64,000 nucleotides of DNA from assembly GCA_002633005.1 (NCBI GenBank), contig NMRA01000063.1, forward strand, positions 124,001 to 188,000. The letters are read 5' to 3'. The notes beneath the pieces are model-generated. The model had not been told where the DNA came from and did not search any database. It was given only the letters and a program-made list of their open reading frames with translations. The position numbers and the translations under genes were made by a program. Positions 55,441-64,000 of the stretch are shown here, piece after piece (positions within the stretch are counted from its first letter, which is position 1; each line of letters opens with the position of its first letter). Origin of the DNA: Phoronis australis (taxonomy: Eukaryota; Animalia; Phoronida).

Positions 55441-56974
55441 ATGAGTACATCCTGGTACGCAGCAACAGCGTGGCATGTTGACTGACTCGTAAACAGAAGC
55501 AAACGACGACCGAACTTATCACATCCCAGGTAGAGCAATGACTGACTTGACAGCTCTCACAGTCAGACTGTATGAAAAGAAATTGGCGCGAAATTCTTGC
55601 CTCCCAAAACGTCACTTCCGGAGTAGAGGACGAGAAATTAAATTACGAAAAGCTGTAATTAAGTGAAAAATATGTCTGGGACAATCAACAGACCTTATTT
55701 TTGCTAAAAGTGACATGAAAAAAGGTTGCCTTCGCCTTTAAGGTCTTGTCTATGATGAGCAAACTGCACCCAATTGCATCTAATTTTCAAATTTTGCCTG
55801 GGGAAGGTCTCCCAACCCCCCCCCCCAACTTCATCCCATGCTCGCATGTGGCGCCGGATTCCACATCCACGTCAAGCATTCACCACCACGCTCCTTTCGA
55901 AACCCAGACAATAGGGGGATCCAACTTCTCATATTCACGTGCGGCAATGGGCTTTGAACCCCGTTTTGGTCATTCACCACCACACTCCTTTCAAAACCCA
56001 GGGGAAACACTGAACACACTTCATGTTGTCATTAAGAATTAACGTTGCTGCCAACTTTTTAACTACGGAAAACCAGGAAAATCTAACTGGACGAACTGTC
56101 TGGGGCTGAATTTTCCACTTCCTCACCTCAGGGCTGGGGGGGATAATTCTATAGGTTATAGAACAGGTCACTTCATTTTCATACTCAAGGGCCAAGTCAA
56201 CTCGGACCGATACCAATGTACAGGTGTTCCAAAAGTTTTATTTTGTAAGGCAATGCTTGAAATGGAAAAAACCATTTCATGTCTATGTACATTGACCCAA
56301 TGCTGCTGTTATTTATAAATAAAACATGGCTTGGGTAAGAGTCGACTTGGGTAGGAACCGCCTGGTAAAGTTTCTATAGAGGACATCGCACTGGATTGGT
56401 GATTGCTCATATAGTATACGGAGTTTTAAGAAATGTTTACTGTAATATTTTAAATATGGGCGTCCCTTTGAGTGGCAACACTGCTTTTCAAGTTGGTTTG
56501 CCCCATTGGCATTGTCTATTTTGATTAATGGTACGTGGGGGTCCATAGCGTGCAGATTGGGAGAACAGGTCTCACAACTACTCGCAAAACAGTCCTCTCC
56601 ATTAATGAATCAGGGTAACAACCTTGAGTCTTAAGGTCAGCTAAAAATCAAACAACTAATGTCCATAACTATATCACCCGGGCATGATCTACCACTGCCT
56701 TGGGTATAGCACTATTCATTTGTATGAAAATTAATATCTTTATTATGTATGATCAATGTAAATGTTCAAAAGTTAAGTTTTTTTGAAACGGATTTGATTT
56801 TTGTTCTGTTGTAAACAGGTCACTGCTCAAGTGGGATTTACTCTGAACAATGAGTTTTCTTGAAAACTGAAGTCGTACGCAGCCCCCTCAATTAAAATTG
56901 GCCAAGGCACTCTTGGTAAATTTTTCAATTTGAAATTCTGATGTTTACTGAAGTAATGTATTATTGTTGACACC

Positions 56975-57354
56975 TGTGGCAACTGTCAGACAACCCCAGC
57001 TGTTGAACAAAGAGTATGTCGTCCAGAAATCAACAAGACTGTTGCAAAACTTGATGAAGGAATAAAGCGTGACAACTTAAACAGAAGAAAAAAATGTGTC
57101 GTGGAGAATGAGGGTTTTAAACCTGTATGCATCAATCGTGATGTTTTGGAGACTGCATGACTGCAATTCAAAAGTCAATATCCTGATGGCTATGAAAGAC
57201 CCTTGGATAAAAGGATGCGACACGTGGCCTACAGGCAGTTCCAAAGATGGGTAAATGATCACTTAGGACGAACTGTCCATGTTGTCATTCCAGCATGCGC
57301 AGCAGCCTCATTAGAGCTTTCTATCCTCGCCAAGAAATGAGTTCTATGGATTTT
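56975..57354 (+). pseudogene. KolX / P2X7 cytoplasmic-ballast-like (nanor-like) domain remnant
   Basis: CGNCQTTPAVEQRVCRPEI...CVVENEGFKPVCINRDVLETA*LQFKSQY...RMRHVAYRQFQRWVNDHLGRTVHVVIPAC, then a frameshift to LIRAFYP. In-frame stop at 57158. Confidence 0.75.
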
Positions 57355-57375
57355 CTTAATAGTTTCATCCATTAA

Positions 57376-57745
57376 AGGAGAATGCCACCCGATTGAATAA
57401 GTCTTTTTTTATCGTCTTAATAGGTGTATATCCTCATCACCTCATATATGGTCGATGTGACCTCGCCGAGAGGTGTCGCATTAACGTGTGAGGAAGGTGA
57501 GTAAACAACGGAGTGACATTAGTGGCTCATCTCAGAATGAGTGCCACTATGTTGTGGTGTACCGGCTCGCCTCCCCGCAAACTATGAAGCTGTGATGAAA
57601 GCGGGTATATTATCGCTTTTTTGATTTCCCAGAGCCCAAAAATGCTTCATAAGTGGCTTCTGGCAGTGAAGAATGAAAAGTACGCTGTTAATAGCAAGTA
57701 TGAGGCCGTGAAACATCTCCGTTGTGTGTCTGTGGTCAGCATTTC
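57376..57745 (+). mobile_element. Left end of a Kolobok-like element with a degenerate THAP domain
   Basis: TTAA|AGGAGAATGCCACC, the same TIR as 50675-50688. Frameshifted VPLCCGVP..FPR..MLHKWLLAVK..VCGQHF at 57541-57745. The right end was not found. Confidence 0.62.
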
Positions 57746-57955
57746 GACGACAAGAAGGCGTTTCATTTGCCGAATTTCGTGGCAGCAAACACAAGCGTCA
57801 ATGATATCCATTATCGTGCAGTTAACACACTGACACCATGACAAGTCATTTAAACGGTTTTCGGAACCATCCAGTGATTGCAAGTTACCATGTAGACTTT
57901 TATTGTGTTTTGTTTCAAAATGAATTATACTCCCCCTAACCAGCAATGCCATAAA

Positions 57956-58450
57956 CAGGGCTTGGAATGACCAATGACAAAAAACGCGGAAACTTTTACG
58001 GCCCAAATCTTGCCCGATAACCAGCCTTGAAATTGTGAACCTTTCCCCACAAAAATCGGGAGGACTAAAAAAAAAAAAAAAAAAACGTTATCAGTAGCAT
58101 GCATCTGCGTCCTTTCAGCTCGCCCGTCCACTCCCAACCCACACATTTTTGGCTGCAGAGCGGTAGTATTTGTCGCCGCGCTTAACAATAACACGAGACG
58201 CCATTGAATATCTCCCACCACGCTGTCCCAGATGCCCCGGCAATGTTGACAATTTACGTTCCTCCGAAACATAAAGAGCAACTTCCGCTTTTCGAGGTGA
58301 ACGCCGTCTGCAACGCCGCGGTAAGAAAGGAATTTGCCGCGGAAATTTTATATCAAATCCGATTTTTTTACGCGGAAATATTATAAAAAAGCAGAAAGCA
58401 CATTTGAAAAAAGCGGAAATCCGCGTTTCCGCGGAAAATTCCAAGCCCTG
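57956..58450 (-). mobile_element. 495-bp deletion derivative of family A
   Basis: CAGGGCTTGGAAT / ATTCCAAGCCCTG ends with subterminal sequence shared with the 1.6-kb copies. TSD degenerate (CATAAA/TACAAA). Confidence 0.8.
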
Positions 58451-59448
58451 TACAAAATGGAAACAAAGCGTCAAAGCGCGTCTCATCAGATACAATTTGT
58501 AATGCCTTTGGAGTGTTTGAGTGCAAATGTTTTGAGAAGGAAGCAATGAATAAGTCATTGCGTTCACCGGCTTTAGATACAATAAAGACAAATTATAATT
58601 GATGACCGTCGGGTTGTCGTGTGAGCGCATGCTTATTCAGTGTTAGCTGCCAGAAAGCTGTTGTGAAACAATAACTCGATTTTATATGCTAAGGTCAGAT
58701 GTTAGGGGAATCTTTATTTAGATATAGTACATTATTCGAATCATTATTGTACAGCTTTTGTCCTGACGGTTCTGTGGAAGGGTAACCTGACTTGGCGGCC
58801 TCCAACGAGTAAATAGATTTGCACTTTCGCGGCCAATTCACAAAAATAATCACATTGTCAGATGATTGACTGTTGGTTTGTTTAAAAGGTAGCTATGCTT
58901 TGAGATTGTGCGTAGATGGAGAGTGAAAAATCAAACCCAGTAATTAATTTATTATATGATACCCCTAATTAGACAAATGAAACCTATTGCTAATTAAGTA
59001 AACAACTACAAAGAGTAACTACGCTAGCGCCCTCACAAACACAAGGTGGAATCAAACGATATCAAAATTATGTGTGTAGGTCAAATTGTAAACAATTACG
59101 CCTAGTTCCTCAAATCAAGGTGCCTTTATTCAGTGATTGCCTCGTTCTCTAAATCAGGTCTGTTGGTAGGAGGACGTTTTTTAAATTTTTTTACAATACC
59201 CATGTGTCATACATTTTTGAAAAGACCTTGGTGTGAGAAATGAAATGGTGCAAAACTCAGAAAAATTGGATGAGCGGTTAACGAGAAAATGGTCGTTGAA
59301 ACGCAACGATTAAGCGTAAAATATCTGCCTTTTTACATAATTTCATAAAAAATAAAAGAATATACATGTGCTGCATATAAAAAGATTCGTCTCATTGAGA
59401 CAAACATGGTGGTTTGTATTACATAAAATTTGGATCGATTTTTACAGA

Positions 59449-59607
59449 GATATTGCTGTTTAAGTGTGTTGTTAGCATATAGAACAGGGATATTGCTGTT
59501 TAAGTGTGTTGTTAGCATATAGAACAGGGATATTGCTGTTTAAGTGTGTTGTTAGCATATAGAACAGGGATATTGCTGTTTAAGTGTGTTGTTAGCATAT
59601 AGAACAG
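59449..59607. repeat. 40-bp minisatellite, 4 copies
   Basis: Unit GATATTGCTGTTTAAGTGTGTTGTTAGCATATAGAACAGG. Confidence 0.95.
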
Positions 59608-59629
59608 ACTCATCACGTTTGATGAAAAC

Positions 59630-61461
59630 AAGAGTCAAACTAACTCGGAGTGCAAATTCCCTCCACGTTTTGTTCGCATCCCAAATTTTGCAGCTGAACT
59701 CGACGTTTGAAAAACATCTGTTAAAAAAAATCCGTGCAACGATGCCCTAACCGAATGACCTATTTGGATGCGCGGGAACAATTCAGTGCAAATTTCCCAA
59801 TAAAAATGTAATACTTATGCTGTTTACCTACTCAACAATTAGTTTTCCATGAAATGAATAGCCTCGAAATAATTCCCGACTCCCTCCGTGTGGGTTTCCA
59901 TCAGGTAATGGCGAGTTTGCTCCTCAATACCTTCCAAGTACGGAAAAAATAGGTCAGTCACAAAACGACACGCATGTCACTAGTGTTAACTTTCTTTCGG
60001 AAGTATAAAAGCCGGGCTTTGGTTTTTACATATTGAGAAAACACGTTTTCCGAATACTGAATTTGTTGTGTAAAATGAAAGTGTGTCAATTTTAAAACAC
60101 GCGCGGTGGTTTGTAGTGCACTATGATGGGCGCTAGCCTGAACTGAGGGCGCTTAATTGGAAATTCTCAAAATTTAAGGGGGAATTCTTAGTAGATCAGT
60201 GAGCGCTTATTGTGAAAAACTTCAAAGGTAGGGCGTAGGGTTGTGCGTGAGCATAGTCGTTAACCAAAATGTTTGCGGTAATTAGATATTAAAGCACGGC
60301 AATCGTAAGAAACATTATAATACGATTTTGCGAGGCAAACTCCATCTAGTAGGCGTGACTTTTTGGACATCGTTACCACCTACACTGTACCTTTTTTATC
60401 GACCCGGAATAATTCTGTTTTTAATTGCCCGTGTCAGCGGGAACAAGGTCGTTTCTATTGGAGTCTGAACATTTCATGGTGACGGTGGTTCAGGGAGTGA
60501 AAAGTTGCCGGGGAGGTTTATGAAGAGAAGAATAAAAAGTTAGCTAACCACAATTTCGTATCTAGTACCTGTTTTGTTGCAATAGCTGGCTACGGGCATA
60601 GGATACAGGGCTTCGAGAACATCGACCTCGAGAAACATCAGAACAGGAAAATATCGGTTCTGGGTTCTATCGGTCCCGAGGAATATCGTAAAGCATCCGG
60701 TCTGTTATAACCGCCGGAAATGTATGAGTTCTCATTTTCAAATAAACCACTGGCACCCAGGTGCTTAACAGAGCCAAGCCGGTATAATCTTTCATTTAGG
60801 AATGTCGCTGTTCTCTTTTGATGTGCAACTTTGACTAGGTGGTGCGCACGCGCGAGTTCACGCACTTGAATCGCTGGAATAGGCCTACACTTTACGTTGG
60901 CAACAAGGTACGAAACATCAATCATAATTCGCACACGTAGCACCAGAAACAAGTAAAGGGGTTTGAGAATTTTTTGCCGCAGTGCAATATCAGGGATATT
61001 GTCGTGGATATTTGGTAAATGTAATAAGGACATCTTAAGCGAAAAACAAACATATTTGTCCACCACAAAGTTTGGTAAGTTGATCGCTTAAGAATTAATA
61101 CAAACAGCGCTGTTTTGTGACGTTTTATCACGTGTTATGCAGTGGCCCGAAACTTTCTTAGGCAAATCCGGAAATTTGCAAAAGTGGCCGAAAATGTTAG
61201 CCAATGAAACACGTCAAAGATCGATTCTGCATATCCCATGTTCACGCGACTAGCTTACAAGTCATCAGGAGGGCTGTTCTTGGTTAGTGTTCTTTTGAAC
61301 TTGGATTTGGCAACAACCAAATAACGATCGGATTAACTAGAGTTGCTTTATTTCCCAGGTATCTGCATTTTGCGACTTAATACGAGATGACAAAAATCTC
61401 AGCTAGCATTTCCAAATTTCAGGTCGCAAATGCGACCTGCAGCTCGTTATGTCGAGCCCTG
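59630..61461 (+). mobile_element. Family B element, 5'-truncated copy
   Basis: Colinear with 61969-63760 and ends in GTCGAGCCCTG at 61461. Confidence 0.8.
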
Positions 61462-61528
61462 ATAACCAGGCAATAGTAATATGCCACCTTCAAAAGTGCC
61501 TGTGCCTACTTAGAGTGAGGTTAAGAGA

Positions 61529-63760
61529 CAGGGCTCGACGCTATTAAAATCGCCAGGTCGCATTTTGCAACCTAGCCAAAAGTCAAATTTCCAAAATCCA
61601 GCTCGCATTTATAAATGCCAGGTCGAAAAATTTTCCCGCCATTTTTATGCGCCAAAATTTATTTTTTAGATAATCGAGAAAATGTTTTGATAATGCTCGT
61701 ACCTACAGCGTTAAATACTCACGAATTTCACATTGCAAAATTGACTTCGTTCATACAGGTACAGCGTTATTGTTCTTCATGACCGCAATTGAAAGGATCT
61801 AGAGCGCAAGGCAAGTTGTCGACGTGAAAGCTGAATCAGTGCTCTCTAACTGACACGTGCATTCGAGTAGCTAAGTTTGCAATGTGAAAAGGGAGTAAAT
61901 GCCCATTGAAAAAGTATACGGGTTTTTGCTAGGTCTCACCTGTTGCTGGCTGTCACCAAAGTCGTTAAAGATTCAAACTAACTCGGAGTGCAAATTCCCT
62001 CCACTTTTTGTTGGCAGCCCAAATTTTGCATCTTAACTCGACGTTTGAAAAACATCTGTCGAAAAAAATCCGTGAAACGATGCCCTAACCGAATGACCTA
62101 TTTGGATGCGTGGGAACACTTCAGTGAAAATTTCACAACAAAATGTGGTACTTAAGCTGTTTACGTACTCAACAATTAGTTTTTCATGAAATGAATAGCC
62201 TCGAAATAATTCCCAACTCCCTCCGTGCGGGTTTTCATCGGGTAATGGCGAGTTTGCTCCTCAATACCCTTCAAGTATGGGAAAAATAGGTCAGTAGCAA
62301 AACGACACTCATGTCACTAGTGTTAACATTCTTTCAGAGGTATGAAATAATGCCGTTATTTGGTTTTTACATGTTGAGAAACAACATTTTTTGAAAAACT
62401 GAATTTGTTTTACCACGCGCGGTCGTTTGTAGTGCGCTATGATGGGCGCCAGCCTGAACTGTGGGCGCTTATTTGGAAATTCTCAAAAGTTGAGGGGGAA
62501 CGCTTAGTACATCAGTGAGCGCTTATTATGCAACACTTCAAAGGTAGGGAGTAGGCTTGTGCGTGAGCATAGTCATTAGACTGAGTGTTTGCAGTAATAA
62601 GGTATTGGAAGATTGCAATGGTAAGAAACGTTATAACAAAATGATTTGGCGAGGCAAACTCCATCTAGTAGGGATGGCTTTCTGGATATTGTTACCACCT
62701 ACACTGTATCCTTTTTAGCCACCAATAATATTTATTTTTTTAATTGCCTACTTCAGCTAGAACAAGATTGTTTCTATTTGAGTCTGAACATTTAACGGCG
62801 ACGGTGGTCCGGGAAGCGAAAAGTTGCTGGGGGAAGGGGGTGTATGAAGAGAAGAATGAATAGTTCGCTAACCACAATTTTGCATCTAGTACCCGTTTAG
62901 TTGCAATAGCTGGCTACGGGCACAGAATATAGATTTTAGAGAACATTGACCTCGGGAAACATTGGAACAGGAAAATATCAGTTTTGGGTTACTATATCCG
63001 TTCCGTAACGCATCGGGGGTTTTATAACTGCCGAGAATCTATTGGCACCTAGGTGATTGTCAGAGTTAAGCCAGTATACTCTTTCATTCAGGACTCTGTC
63101 GCTGTTCTCTTTTGATGTACAGCTTTGAAGTGGTGCGCACGCGCGAGTTCACACACTTAAATCGAGTAGGCCTACACTTTACGTTAGCAACAACGTGTGA
63201 AAGACAAATCATATTTCGCGCACGTAGCCCCAGAAACAATTAAAGGGGTTTGAAAATTTATTGGCAACTGAAAGTCAAGACGTTGCCGTCGTTTGGCGAT
63301 TAACAAGTTTGACATTTTCATTTTGGCTGTTTTATGCGATAAAGTAACGATTGTCTGCCGGGACCGCCTGCGCGCTAACAACGGGATCAACCAGTGCGGC
63401 CGCACTGTAATATCAGGGATAATGTCGTGGATATTTAGTAGATGTAATAATGACATCTTACGTGAAAAAAAAATATTTGTCCACCACATAGTTTGGTAAG
63501 CTGACCGCTTAAGATTTAGTAGAAACACCGCTGTTTTGTGACGTTTTATCACGTGTTATGCAGTGGCCCGAAACTTTCTTCCGCGAATCCGGAAATTTCC
63601 AAAAGTGGCCGAAAATGTTAGCCAATGAAACGTGTCCTAGATCGATTCTGCATATTCCATGTTCACGCGACTTGCTAACAAGTCATTGGGAGGGCTGTTC
63701 TCGGTTAGTATTCTTTTGAACTTGGATTTGGCAACAACCAAATAATCGGGTCGGATTAAC
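61529..63760 (+). mobile_element. Family B element, copy lacking its last 135 bp or so
   Basis: Starts CAGGGCTCGAC at 61529; homology with the upstream copy stops at GGATTAAC, 63760. Confidence 0.8.
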
Positions 63761-64000
63761 ACATGCTATGAACATTCCCATTAAATAAAATTGGTTCTAA
63801 CCCCGGTGTTTAAGGTTAACGGCGGGGTATGGAAAATTGAACTAGACCGTATTTATCCACCTTGGCTGAGACGCGCTCGGCTCATGTTCAAAGGGATGCC
63901 GCCAAGCTGCTCTATTCATCGAGTCACGAGCGAGGATAATTGACTTCGCTCATGCGGATATGATCAGCTGATTACAGTCTAGCCTAACAACTGTACTTTT

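Larger units (their letters stand above)
53647..55476 (-). pseudogene. THAP-domain ORF disrupted by a nested transposon
   Basis: Removing 53937-55440 and one TSD restores MPRCCCVPGCTHYRLTRALGTLHRFPKDDTLRRTWLARL...GKHFQPSDCDRD...RLKKGYIP in frame. The third Zn-ligand Cys appears lost. Confidence 0.75.
53019..55737 (-). mobile_element. Kolobok-like element with TIRs of about 310 bp
   Basis: TTAA|AGGCGAAGGCAACC ... GGTTGCCTTCGCCT|TTAA. Left TIR 53019-53330; right TIR 53921-53936 plus 55446-55737, split by a nested insertion. Confidence 0.85.

Noticed and set aside
54244-55538. ORFs of 271-377 aa
   Set aside because: They run through the N gap.

Overview
Animal (invertebrate-like, AT-rich, repeat-rich) genomic DNA with two convergent intron-containing genes. 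On the + strand are the last exons of GFPT/GFAT (glutamine:fructose-6-phosphate amidotransferase), 1502-14012. On the - strand are coding exons 2-4 of MOB1 (Hippo-pathway kinase activator), 41854-20519; its 14-nt first coding exon was not found and probably lies beyond the window. The main observation is a tandemly duplicated penultimate GFPT exon: two intact 162-nt, phase 0-0 copies (7630-7791, 8382-8543) with 39/54 identical residues and many synonymous differences. The intron between them carries a perfect 15-bp (extendable to about 23-bp) long-range complementary pair, which suggests RNA-structure-enforced mutually exclusive splicing. Introns hold nested DNA transposons: CAG-ended elements with atypical 5- and 6-bp TSDs, TTAA Kolobok-like elements with THAP and KolX/P2X7-ballast-like remnants, a Transib-like element, and Helentron-type (HINE-like) elements carrying regularly spaced, co-oriented CTCF-like motifs. 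There are also many minisatellites, a LINE fragment and a 770-N assembly gap. All calls were made by eye; no searches or folding programs were run.
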